Positions 1 through 13,579 of a stretch of DNA of 64,000 nucleotides are shown here, piece after piece. This stretch comes from the human T2T-CHM13v2.0 reference genome, Homo sapiens. Positions within the stretch are counted from its first letter, which is position 1. Each line of letters begins with the position of its first letter. Position numbers and translations under genes: made by a program. Location of the stretch: NCBI RefSeq assembly GCF_009914755.1, contig NC_060929.1; one strand, written 5' to 3'. The notes under the pieces are model-generated. The model ran no database searches. It was not told where the DNA came from and worked only from the letters and a program-made list of their open reading frames with translations.

Positions 1-2229
1 AGAGGTAACAATGATCCTGACCTTGTAGGAAAGTGAAGCAGTGTCTCTGAACAATGAAGCAATCTAACAGGACAGACAGGAAAGTGAAGACCCAGTTTCA
101 CACTGGGAAGTTTAAAAAAATACTGAACGTTCTTATGGAATACTTGTTTTTTCTTTTTAATGCCTTTATTCATATTTCTGTTGTTTTTACCACTATCCTT
201 TTACTATCCAAAGGATTGATACCCAACTCCCATGAATAGATTTTTATTCGGGTAGGACCTACTTATGTTTTTACTTGTTTAGGGCCTAGCTCAATGCTTG
301 GTATTTGCTAAAGTCTGTAATAACTAAATGTATAAAAGAGCTTTTTCATTGATCACTAACACTCTCTGAATTATTGTAGGAGTTTGTCCATACTCATCAG
401 TCCTTGAATTATGAACAAACATTTTAGTACTTGATTTTCTATTTTAGTTTACTGATGCTTCTTATCATATTTTAAAATCATTCTGGACAAGCAAAAACCT
501 TATTGTCTAACTATACTTTTCATTTTATAAGATTCACAAATCTCTCTTCAAATCTTTAGTTTTTATTTTTAGAGGTGATTTAACATATCAGATAACTTTT
601 AAGTATCAGGACAAATCATTCATTTCATTTCAGTTTAGGAAAATGCTATCACCAAGTTCCCTTGCTGCCAAGGCATAGAATTCATGCTATTCCGTGGTCA
701 TACCTACCAAGGGGAGAATATGTATTCAATTGCTAATGCTCCACTGGGACTCCTGACAAAGTCATTTTATTATGCCCAGTTTTAAATTGCATGCAGTGAG
801 ACTCTTCCCAGGAGCATGGCAATGTCCATTGCTCATGCTCCAGAATTGCTGTGTGGTCAGGTCAGGACTTTATTCTTAATGCTCACTGGGTCATACTTGC
901 TTGTGGGTTTTTATGTGGGAAGCAAGGCAGACACTGTGTGTCAGGGTGAGGCCTTCTGCCTCTTGCCCAGGGAAATTACTGCCACATGAAGGTAGGGCAG
1001 GAAGCCAGAGGCTGTCCCAAAGCCTTTGGACAATTTGCCCTTTTTCTTGTTTACATGTGCACTTGTGCTAGAGTGAGAGAATTGTGTTCTGGCAACATGT
1101 ATCCCCAACTGCCAACTGCTCACATTTCTGGCTGCTGCATGAAGTTGTGTATTGTAACTAGCTTTCCTAAAGGAATTCAACCAGTTGAAAAGGTTGCCTA
1201 ACTTTGCTGAATATTTAAGGTTACCAATCCAAGTTAGGGGTAAATGTTTTCATTAAAACTAATCATCCCCACTTGGGCATACAGAATCATTTCAGCAGGA
1301 GGTATAACCTATACCATGCGTTCAGTGTGAATCGCATGTTCTTGTTCCTACTGCAAAGAACCCAGAAGTTCTGGCAGTGTCCTTCAAGGGATGGTAAAAG
1401 TCCAAATTCATGCCAGAAATCCCTCATACATGTGATGAAGACTGAGTAGATTAAAGATCATTGATACCAATTTCGATGGAGTAGCCATGTTAAATATAAA
1501 TAGGTTAATACTGGAGGCAAGAGTAAATACAGAGGATTATACATATTAATTTTAATGGGGGGGGGCTATGCTATACAGAATAACTGGTTAGTAAACTCAG
1601 CAGTTTTGTTGGATCAAACCCATCAGCCATTAATAGGTGGAAATAATCATCCTCCTGGTTGAAAGACCAAAACATCTAGTTTGGAAATTTAGGAGTCATA
1701 TGCCAAGAGTGAAAAGTATCTCTTTAGCAAATAAATCAGGCAATTCTCTTGTACATGTGACCAATGCATTCATCCTTCGGTGCTTGATTTTGAAACACGT
1801 AAAGAAATAATAATCAGATAGACTCTGCATTACTGGAAGAATCTTGAAATTAAGATTGTGCTATGCTGAGGATTTCTACTGCTGGTAGGGAATAATTTCC
1901 CCTGCCTTTGCATTATTCATCTCATGTAAATTTTGATAAAGTTCATCACTGTGATTATTATTTCATTTACCACATTTTATATGTTTGTAGCACCATTTCC
2001 TAAGGTGCTATAAACCACCATAGGATCTTTTTCCTATTCCAGAATAATAGAAATGTGTGTGTTCTTGATATAAAAGGGAGGCTTTTTAGAAGCAGGTAAT
2101 TAACATACATCATCATAACTTACTACATTGAACTTACTGCAATATGAGTGTCCTTTCCCACCATGTGTAGGAGTGGGCTTTTTAGGCCACAATATCTATG
2201 TATTATGTCCTTATGCACCTGCAGCAATA

Positions 2230-2425
2230 GGCACCTAATGCATATACCAGGCATATTCAGATGATTTTTATGCTCACAATTATCCTATGAGATGGGAATA
2301 ATAATCCTCACTTTTATGACTAAGATTCTTTAGCTCAATGATTTCCTCAAATTTACACAGCGAATAAAATGGAAGAGCCAGGATTCTAAACCAGGGTTCT
2401 CTGATTGTAGAACCCATGATCTTTT
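2230..2425 (-). mobile_element. MIR SINE relic
   Basis: Matches the reverse-complement MIR core: ctcacaattatcctatgagatgggaataataatcctcactttt...gaagagccaggattctaaaccagg. Confidence 0.75.
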
Positions 2426-2619
2426 TATGGTCATATTCACTGCAGAGAATTCAGCTTCCTTGACAGAAATTCTAGGCTTAGAAAGGATCAAAAAAATATG
2501 ACTCATTGGGGTGACTCTGATTTGACAGTACCCTGATAATTCTCCAGGAGCACAGGTGGAAACTCCCAAAATGGGGATGGTTTTTTAGATTCACACAAAT
2601 TCAGCAATGAAAAATGGGT

Positions 2620-4160
2620 CAAAGGTCATCTAGCCCAACCTCCAAAAGGCCATCTACCCTACTCTTGGATGCTGCCTGGGCTTTCTTGAGGCAGTTATTT
2701 TCTTCATGGTGCAGCACAACTTCTAGAAAGTACTTCATGTTCAGCCAAACTCTATCTTATGGTGCTTTCATACAAAATAAGCCTAATCTAGCCTGAAAGA
2801 CTGCATAACAGTCTTTCATGATCTACTTAAAGTGGTGAAAGAAAAAAGATTGTGAACTGCATGACAGTCTTTTGTTGCGGGATGTCAGGGACCCCAAATG
2901 GAGGGACTGGCTGGAGCCGTGGCAGAGGAACATAAATTGTGAAGATTTCATAGACATTTATCAGTTCCCAAATAATACTTTTATAATCTCTTATGCCTGT
3001 CCTACTTTCATCTCTTAATCCTGTTATCTTTGTAAGCTGAGGATGTATGTCACCTCAGGACCACTAAGATAATTGTGTTAACTGTACAAATTTATTGTAA
3101 AACATATGTGTTTGAACAATATGAAATCAGTGCACCTTGAAAAAGAACAGAATAACAGCGATTTTTAGGGAACAAGGGAAGGCAACCATAAGGTCTGACT
3201 GCCTGCTGGGCTGGGCAAAAAGAGCCATAGTTTTTCTTCTTGCAGAGAGCCTATAAACAGACGTGCAAGTAGAGAAGATATCACTAAATTCTTTTCCTAG
3301 CAAATAATATTGATATTAATATTCTGTGAAGGAATTCATTCCTGGGGGGAGGTCTGTAAACAGCCGCTCTGGGAATGTCTGTTCTGTGCGGTTGAGATAA
3401 GCACTGAGATATGCCCCGGTCTCCTGCAGTACCCTCAGGCTTACTATGATTGGGAAACTCCATCCTGGTAAATTTTTGGTCAGACTGGTTCTCTGCTCTT
3501 GAACCCTGTTTTCTGTTAAGATGTTTATCAAGACAATACGTGCACCACTGAACATAGACCCTTATCAGGAGTTCAGTTTTTGCCCTTGTCCTGTTTCCTC
3601 AAAAGCATGTGATCTTTGTTCTGCGTTTTGCCTTTTGATGCATGTGATCTTTGTGACCTATTCCCTGTTCGTGCACCCCCTCCCCTTTTGAAATCCTTAA
3701 TAAAAACTTGCTGGTTTTGCAGCTCAGGTGGGCATCATGGTCCTTCCGATATGTGATGTCATCCCCGGCGGCCCACCTGTAAAATTCCTCTCTTTGTACT
3801 CTTTCTCTTTATTTCTCAGCCGGCTGACACTTATGGAAAATAGAAAGCAACTATGTTGAAATATTGGGGGCGAGTTTCCCCTATAGTCTTTCAGATATTT
3901 GAAGGGGGTTCCAAATTTCCTCTATTTTCTTTTAATCAGTCCCAGTGCTTTCAACTGCACTCTGTAGGATACAGGTGTGTTTCCCCCATAACCTTATGTT
4001 ATTATTCCTGAATACTGTGTAGGCTTACGAGGTAGCATTAGGAGCTCAATGCAGTGTATCCAGGATGGATTCAACCAGTGCAGATTAGAATGGCACTGCC
4101 ACTTAGGAATTTTAGATAATGTACATTTGAGATTACACTTGGCAGCCACACTGAAGTGTC
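2620..4160 (-). mobile_element. L3/CR1 LINE relic, split by the MER11 LTR (pieces about 2620-2790 and 3890-4160)
   Basis: CR1-like words aaggtcatctagcccaacc, gaaagtacttcatgttcagccaaa, ttcagatatttgaag and tccaggatggattcaaccagtgcagattagaatgg lie on both sides of the LTR; highly diverged. Confidence 0.5.
2873..3885 (+). mobile_element. MER11 solo LTR (ERVK, HERV-K11/HML-8), 1013 bp
   Basis: Starts tgttgcgggatgtcaggggaccccaaatggaggg and ends ttgggggcgagtttcccctata; aataaa near 3699; exact 6-bp TSD gtcttt at 2867-2872 and 3886-3891. Confidence 0.93.
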
Positions 4161-6618
4161 ATTTCTTAATTCTAGCCGAGTCTCCTTCACAACATCCCGC
4201 ACCTTAACAAATGCAGGTCTCAGGTTCCAGTCAAACTCTAAAGTTTTGCAATCTTGTCATAGCTTTAGGAAAGAATCCTCAAGGAAGAGAGTCAAATATA
4301 CTTGTCTGTTTCCAAGAAAATAGGCAAGGAGGTGGACGAGCAATCTTTAGCACAGCAGGCATTTGTTACTTAAGCTGGCACCCTGAATTTGTGCCTGGGT
4401 CTCAGTGGGGATAAAATGTGGTGTGAATGGTCAGAAGTAAGTGGATAGAAAGAATTGTTTCCCCAAATGTCTGAGAGATATTAAGAGACAGAAGACACTG
4501 CTTCTTCTAACAAACTCTGACTCCAACATAAGGGTCAGTGATTTAGCTCATATGTTAGTTCTTACAGTACCTGGTGACAAAATTCATGATGGCCGTTATG
4601 GATTTGTGTACTGCATTTAGGAGTGTTCTTTCTAGCCTGCCATGTCTAAAAGTATGAGAATCTAGGATGGAGCAGAAAGAGTTATACCTTGCTCGTTCAT
4701 ACTCAGAAGGTGGGGAATATATTACTTGCGTCCTTTGGAGCTATATGTGTGGGTATTACTGGAATGACAATGAATTTACTATTACTTTTGTGGAAATGTA
4801 AAATGAATAATTTGCAAAAATGTAAATTGAATACAGAAAGAGTACACTATGTTCCATTTCAATTAGCAGAGTAGGTATACAATTTGTATGGAAATATAAT
4901 CAGATGTTTATTTGTTGCATTCATTTTAGATACTCATAATAGGCAGCTGTAGGGTATTCAGTGCTCTCTGTATCAGATTTGAATTAATGACCTACTTGCA
5001 AAACCCTCTGTTCCATGTCCATCAAGCATATCTTTTTATTTAAATTTCTAGTATATTTAAATATAAATAAATTCTGTTTTCACATTTTAAAGGATTGTTT
5101 TAATCCTTTGTAACAGGATGCATCTTTCAACATTTTGAGAATAAATGGAAGAAAAAGGTTTACAAGTGAAGTACTTTAAAACATCTGAATTTAGGATATA
5201 AATATTTTCATACCTTTTATATATTTTATATGTAAAATACACTCACACCAATACAGACGCATACACTCTCCATCTCTTCCTCTCTTGATCTCTTCCAAGC
5301 TGTACATAGATATGACATAAGAAGACATACAAACACCTGTTTACATTGGCAAATTTCAACATGCTTTTTATGTGGAGGGAATATAACTGGGGCCCTTAAA
5401 AAATACTTGATATGTTTATATCCTGAAAAAGCCGAAGTGTTTCCTTACCTGGACTTGCTAAAAATGCCTGTATTTCTTACTTGCTCAACATAAATCAGTC
5501 TCATACCCTCTGTGCACAAGCACCCATGCACGCAAAGATTCCGAAAGGGAAAATTCTTGAAAGACGCAACAAAGAAAGAGAGGAGGAATCCTTTAAATGT
5601 AAAGCCATAGTTTACTAAGTGTCTTTAGGATTCAGGTAAGGGGCCTCTCTCTCTTTGCTCCTCTCTTCTTAGTCTTTAAGTCCACTGATGACAGGAAAAT
5701 CTTCTATGGTTCCAGAGAGAAACTGCTGGAAATCCTGCACATTTACCTTCTAGAAGAAAGTAAACTAATTACAAGAGTGATACCCTGAGAGAGATCTTCC
5801 CTCTTAAAATACTTTAAAGGACTCCAAATTAAATTATATCCATGTCCAGGACCCAGAAGTGGCTCAGGAAAGGGAAGGAGCATTTGGTTAATGTCAGGTG
5901 ATTTCTAAAGTCTCAGATTCTAAGGGGAGAGCAAAGTTAGGGAAAGGAGGGGGATGGAGAATACATTTTGAGAATCTACCAAATATCAGGATAACTATTC
6001 AACTCCAAGGATTTTCTATTTTATTTTGTATCTTTCAATTTATTAAGAAAGAACAAGCATGTCTTTTTTAAAAAGATATATTTTTCTCTTTAATATTCTG
6101 TACTTAAAATCTAAGTATGGACCTATCATTCATTAGTTCTAGGGTAGGTCACAGCCTAATTTACAAATTCAAAAGAATAAGTTAGATAAACTAAATTGCT
6201 TAAGACCACATATTTGTAAGTTGGAGTATGCACTAAAAATTTCCTGTCCTTGAACTGGCATACTGGGAAATGAATTCCGCTTTTCTCTCAGAATTTATTC
6301 ATATTGTGAGTTTTATAATTTTACTTATCAGTTGAGGTTGTTTTACCTACATCCACTCATGTAATATAAAGTGTAAAATTAAGGCAATGATCCAGAAAAT
6401 TCAGGGCAAAGTCATTTTAAAGTATCTGGATCTTCCTAGAGATTCTGATTTTAAAAATCTGAGAAAAAGGGTAATGACTCAACATCCTTAGCTCTAAAAT
6501 ATATCTGACAGGTTATTTTTATTTGTTGGGTCTTCAGAAATCATATTCATGTCTGAAGTCTTTCGTAAAATGAATCAAAGCCACTCTGTATCCAAAGCTA
6601 ACACCAGTGTTGTCTTTT

Positions 6619-6623
<5 letters not shown>

Positions 6624-6650
<27 letters not shown>
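6624..6650 (+). repeat. A27 homopolymer
   Basis: Read directly; no recognisable SINE/LINE body upstream. Confidence 0.95.
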
Positions 6651-9559
6651 TTGGAGGGCTTTACCTCAAGTGCTATGCAGTAAATTTACAGGGAAAGAAA
6701 AATTTTATTAAATTATAACTGAGAGGTGCTGATTTTTTTTACATAGCAAACAAAAAATTCCTTCATGAAAGGCTATAAAACCATATTATTTACCAGAGAG
6801 ACCTTTCCTGTCTCCCAGGTAAACATTTACAGTGTGTAGACTTGTGTAAATACATATTTAGGAGTGGCTAAATATGGCGAGGTATTTTTAAAGGCATAAT
6901 TACAAAGGTGAATACATATATTGGCATTTTGGTATGTGTAAGCTAGGTATACTGCTCTGCTGTTCAGAACCCTAGCGGGACTATGGTAGATACACGTTGG
7001 ATACAGGGACCAAGTTTCCAAACATTCATCTTTAATCTAAATTACTAAAGACAGGTTCTTAAATTGTTTCAAAAAAGTGAAAATTTCCATCTAATGGAGT
7101 TCAAGTCTTTCTTGCCAGTTTGACTCGAGGAAACTTGTTTCAGAAAATCAGGCATCATTCATGGAAGTGAATCTGTTTTCTGGATATCTTTGTGTATAAA
7201 GTAACCAACATTTCACATTCAGCTCAGAATATTACCAAATACTCAAAGATACAGTCCGTATGACAAATGGATCAACTAGGAAATTTTAGTGAAGGGGGAA
7301 ATGCCATTAAGATGTTTTTAAAATACTTTAAAAAATATGAAAATGTAAGTGAAAAAAATCTGTTGTTGATGAGATGGCAGGAAGCTGCGTATGGTAATGT
7401 GCTGAAACTCTGTCTAGAGGATGCAGGATGTCTATGTGCAGCCTTGCTTCTTGGGAAATGTGTTCTCTGTGAGGAAAAGAATGAAATGGAAACCCCTAGA
7501 GAGGTTGTAGATGCATGAGAGAGCACTATCTGTGTCTCTCTTCCTGTGTGCTCTACCTCGGAATGAAGATTCAATTCATGTAAAAACCCTTTCTAAGATG
7601 GAAAAGTCGAGAGTCTAAATAACTGTAGAGCTTGAACTATCTCAGGAGTCTTTGGCAAAGAAGTCTAAACAATGCTTTTATTTCATTTCTAATGCAGTAC
7701 ACAGCTATTTCTAAATGCTCTCAATATCCTGCTGTGGGATAACTGAAAATCTTTTTATGGTAAACCATATGGGAACAAAGTATTTATTCAGTAAAATGAT
7801 TTCTCCATTAAAATTTCCACTGGGCTGAGTTTTTTAACTGTACAAAAATACATACCATATGTACGTACTTTTTTCCCAAGGTACAAACACCACAAATTGT
7901 GATTAAACATTCTAGGTTCTAAAACTTTAAATATCACCTTAACTTAAAATATTATGCTGCTGCTATCATGCCTCTGGAATGTAAGAACTTCTAACACAAG
8001 TGCTGACAATTTTGGTGTACTTTATACATACTGTTTGTACATACTATTTGTACCGACGTTTGAGACTTGGAAAACAAGCTTTCTCAGCAAGAGACAATCC
8101 TCTTTAAAAAAAAAAAATAAAAATATGAACAGGCGCAAGTACCTTTGCATTACAGTTTTTATTAGTTCATCCCATCTTTAATTTTGTTCTGTGGCTAAGT
8201 ATCTCATTTCCATGTAAACTTCCACTAGGAACACAAATTGCTGACACCACATCTACCGACAGAAATGCCACAACATAAATTATGCCAAGAAAATGCCGCT
8301 TTGGGTGGGGGGCAAGAGAGGGGGAACTAAGCTAGATAAAAAGCCACTGTGTTACTGCCCAGCCTGCAACCCTGTCCCGCTGACCACTGATAAAATTTAT
8401 CACAAGGCCACATACGGGAAGGCAGCCTAAAGAAGATTTGTCTGTGGTAAAACGTGTAACAGCAAAATAGCTAATGGAGCATTATTACTTTATTGGAAAG
8501 CAATATCTTTGGATGCTTCACTTTTCTAGCCTTAGCAAGAGTATGAATTGTTCTTCTATATGCAGAAGAGCTGATAAGAGAAGGTTGTCAGAACTCTGAA
8601 TGACGGCAATAAGCATCTTTAGAGCTTACCAGTTCACCACTCTCTGCCCAGTACTCTTAACTAGTAGAGGAGTAAACAAGGGCCAAGAACATTAAAAGCC
8701 AATCTGAATCTTCATTCTTAGAAAAAATGGTTTGTTGACCTATAATGCAAATGGACTCTTTGCAAAGAAGCAGTCTTGGAAATTTCATGGTTAATTACTG
8801 TTGTCATAAGTCAGTCCTGGCATTAGTAGAAAGGAAAAATATTCAGATTACACAAATAAAGGGAATCTCATTTGCTAAGAAATTTAAAAACTTTGTCATT
8901 GGATGGGGCTTATTTATTCTTTACGAGTTGAAAGGAAGGAAGTTGGGTCAACTTATGTATGCTTTGGGCAGTCACAGTTGCATGCTTAGAATTGTTCTAA
9001 ATAAAACTGATCAACATACCAGAGGATTTTGTTGCTCTTAGCATATTTGCTATGCCCTGAAGCCATTACCTAAAACATAAATAGTTGGACATGCAAGCTG
9101 CAGCTGTATTCTGCCCCCTACTCAGCATGCATCGGAGCCTCTGAGCTCTGTCCATTGCTACATGTGCATTAAATAAGTCAGGTATTTTGGATAAACTGCC
9201 TCCCGTTAACGTAAGAGAAACTGCATTGGTACCTAATGGGTTCACTTCATGCTAAATCCACTAATAACTGCAAAAAGTATTAGTAGGAGAGTAAAGTTTG
9301 CATTTCTTGCTGTCAACCTCAGAACTCAGGAACCTCTCAACAACCTTCTTTCTTTTTTGTTCAAGTCCATTGTCAATGCCATATTTATATAACCCCTTCA
9401 TGAAGCTACTTATGTACCTAGCCTCTACAGTTGCTTAGGTTAATATCTCATGTTTACTGCCTGCAATTTAAAGCAGTACTTTATTTTATTTTTCCTAAAT
9501 ACACCTCATTCAAGCTGTAAGGGAAATTATTTAAATGCTGAAATCACCAGAGTTAGGTG

Positions 9560-9750
9560 AATAATGATAACTACTATTTATTATTGAATGCCTACCATGC
9601 TAAGCACTGTTCAGGAGCTTTCTGTATATTAATTCATGTAGTCCTCAGAAAACTTTATAGAAATAGTTATAATTTTCTTCATTTAAAAAAATGGAGTTTG
9701 AGATTTAGAGAAGTTGGTACAATTTACTGCAGGCCTCATAGCTGGTAGAC
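9560..9750 (-). mobile_element. MIR SINE relic
   Basis: ttattgaatgcctaccatgctaagcactgttc...aattcatgtagtcctcag...gagatttagagaagtt matches reverse MIR. Confidence 0.75.
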
Positions 9751-9944
9751 TTGTTAATTGTAATATAACATTTTGAATTTTGTGTGTAGATGAATGTTTT
9801 TCACAATTGCAAACTTACGGATAGCAGAAAATGGGCCTTTTTACTTTGTCTTTTGTGAGCACAATGAATGCCATACAGCGCCATGCATAAGAACGCATGG
9901 AGGTGTGCACTATGTTTCCTTTCCTTATGAAAAAAGGGACATTC

Positions 9945-10070
9945 AGCAATTTCTTAACCCCATGGGGCCTCAGTTGCCTCACATGTAAAGTGTGAAAATA
10001 ATGCTTTAACAGTGAAGACAGAGATGGATCAACTGGTTTCTATGGATTCTTTCTAGGTTTTAAGATGCAT
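9945..10070 (+). mobile_element. MIR-family core fragment
   Basis: ttcttaaccccatggggcctcagttgcctcacatgtaaagtg. Confidence 0.55.
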
Positions 10071-10087
10071 TTTAGTAAAACGGCAAA

Positions 10088-10555
<468 letters not shown>

Positions 10556-13324
10556 CTAGCGAACCTGCAAAGAAGGCCAGTTATGATAGTATCAACATCA
10601 GCTAACTCTGGAGTCTTCATCAATATGCTCACCTTGTACCTTTGAGAGTCTCTGTTTAGAAAATAGAGGAAGAATTTGATGATGGAACATTTATCTTCTG
10701 TGAGCCCAAATTGATTATTAATTGTCTTTAACGAGTAGAGAATGTAGACCTTGGAACATCTGCTTTCTAGTTCCCTATATCATTTCTGGAAAAAAAAAAA
10801 GACTTCATGCTAACTTTCATTGCAATAACTAAAGCCAATTTAGGTTTCTGAAGAAAGATTCTGATGGATAAGATTGAAGGCTATTACTGAGGAAACTAAA
10901 AGGGTGGACTTTCCCTAATGTAAGAAGAGGCAGATAAAGACTAGGAGTCAAGAAAGCTAAGTAGCAACTCCTCACTTACTAAAAACTAACATCTAAACAC
11001 ATTTTTCCTTTTTTCTCACATTCTCATGTTCCTTGTGTTCTTTACACATCTCTGTAGCTTGGCCTGATACCCAAGCTGACTTAAGTCTTTTACCAGCCAG
11101 AAGAGAAAGGGAATGGGACGGTGTGTCGAGTGAGGATGCTTGACTCTGAAATGAAAATGGTGGAGTTCATTTTTATCTAGGCTTTAGTGATAACCCTTTA
11201 GAAAAAGGCAAGTGCAGTGCAAGTGGATTCTCTCTGTGTTCTAGGTAGTGAGAGCTTAGAAAAGGCAGATGTCCACTTGGTCATTATCCTTGAATTTACT
11301 GGTCCGAACCAAAAGATTGAAGTACAGATATCGCTTTACACATAACCACAGTAATAATTATGAGTATTTCACATCTGAGAGGAGACAGGTTAAGACAAAT
11401 AGGAAAGTGGGAAGAGGTGGTTAAAAGAAATTTAAAAAGTACAAAAAGTTCCAACTTAGTGTAGAAAAACAAAAATCAAGAAAGCACAGAGGTATTCCCT
11501 AGTTACTTTCTAGCACTTTTTAAACATTTCATGGCTTTATTTATTCCTTTAGATGAGAATCTTGTGAATATCCCAGCTATATCACATTCTAGAAATAGAA
11601 GGAAAGCTTCCTCCTCTCCCAATCTCTCTCTCTCACTCAATATTCTGTAAATTTGACCCGTGTGTCACTTGAGGTATGGTTTCTTATTGAGAAACTTAAA
11701 GGATCTTATGTAAGCACCTGGAGTCAGTACAAGGGAGCCCTCACATTACCTGTTTCATTCTTTCTTTAACTTGGGAAAGAAAACCTTTAAAAATCAGGTA
11801 TTCAATGCTAAAATAAGGTCTGTAGTATAGGGCTACAGCCCCTAATGTGTCTCTTGTTGGTGGAGGAGGGCACCATAACGTCTCTCTGAGCTGACATGTG
11901 GGACTTCATAGTTATGAGAATGGTGAGGTTTGGAGCAGTGCCTATTAGACTCTCAGGGTTGTCCTAGGGACAGTGTAACCTCATTTTGACATGACCAATA
12001 TAACATATCAAAATATTGAAAAAAGAACTTATTTTCTTCTAAAATTTTGGCTCAACTAAGTATTATTATGCTTTTTGTGGTTAAAACCAAATCATTGTTT
12101 TCTTCAATTTCATATTCATTGTGTTTAGCATCCCTTAAGTAATTCTTCATCTTGGGGGAGAATAAAGCGTCTTTAGCCAGTCATTCTGACAATAAAGTTC
12201 ATGAGACTGTATTGGGAAATTCAATTATGGATAATGGGCAATTGTAGGTAAAAAAATGTTGAGGCTACTGCAAACATTATTGTTTTTCATTTTTAGAAAT
12301 GAAACTTTTTTTTTTCTTTTAAGGAAGAGATGGAAAGCAGAACCAAATTGAAAATTGGAATGATAATGACAATTGAATAGACGGTATCCTAAACTTTCCA
12401 AAAATTACTGATCTACCATGATTTTAACAATTTTATTTAAGTATATTTCTTCACTTTTTTAACTTTTGGAGATCACTCTGTGTTTCCAAATATCATTTAA
12501 AAATAGGTTTTCTAATTATACTTATCCTCTCACTCATATTACATATACTACAGTAGTAAGTCATGCAAATAGCAAATATTTCAATGTGGTTTCTCATTCA
12601 ACAATGGCTTATAATAAAGTACTGGTAGATGATGAATGTGACTATACAGCATTCCTAAAATATTTGTAAATGAAAATTAAATTATGACGAATTTCTTCTT
12701 TTATTCCACACAAATCAGTGATGTTTCACTGATTCAGGTACTATTAAAAACTCAACTTATTTGACAATTTATCATTTAATGAATTTCCCATGGTGGAGAA
12801 GATTGACCGATTGAACATATCCTGGCTTCATAAAGATGTTTCTGGAAGGACAATATCACCAGACAATGCACACACAAAATGGGTACTTCATATAGGCAAA
12901 CTAAGAGTTTAAAATACAGTGTATAGGACTCTAGTTAACATTGGTAGATCCCTTGGGAGAACTTTGTTGGAATTATTCTTAAAGTAGTGTCACTTAGGGT
13001 TACACTTGAATTTTAGGCTTAATGGGCAACAATAAATAGTGTATTGTTGTCAAAGCTCAAGGCAATTGTACATTGAAAAGAACGTGTTTTTTTACGTTGT
13101 TACCCCTGCTACTTGAACACACAGTATTTAAGAAAAAATTATTTCATAAGCCATTTTTTCCTCTTGAGTTTCAGTCAGCAATTTGGATAGTAGTCCTCAG
13201 ATAGCTTGCACCTGATGAGCAATAGTCCCAGGCAAAGCTCCCCGAGAAAATCACAGCTATACTGCTGGAGAGAGTTACCTACACTCCCATTCTCTACCTC
13301 TTTACTTCCCATTCAAGTCCTCAA

Positions 13325-13440
13325 CCTATTTCAGTTTCTAACTTTACCACTTATTAACTGTGTGCCCTTTGTGTCTGCAGTTTTTCATCTGGAAAAGAGG
13401 GTAATAGTATGCACATCATAATATGTTTGAATGAGAGTGT
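13325..13440 (+). mobile_element. MIR fragment
   Basis: accacttattaactgtgtg...cagtttttcatctggaaaagagggtaatagta. Confidence 0.6.
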
Positions 13441-13579
13441 ATGTAGACATATGTGTGTATATACTTTGTGAAGATACAAACAACAAATATATGTACATAC
13501 ACATATATCTATATATGCTAATGGAAACTTCTTAATTTGTTATGCTATTGTATATGGTATTTTAACTTCTCTCCTATAT

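Noticed and set aside
3604-3655. Repeated gcatgtgatctttg inside the LTR
   Set aside because: Recalled as an intrinsic feature of MER11 LTRs, not locus-specific.
8302-8324. G-rich run as a G-quadruplex
   Set aside because: Lacks four separate GGG tracts.
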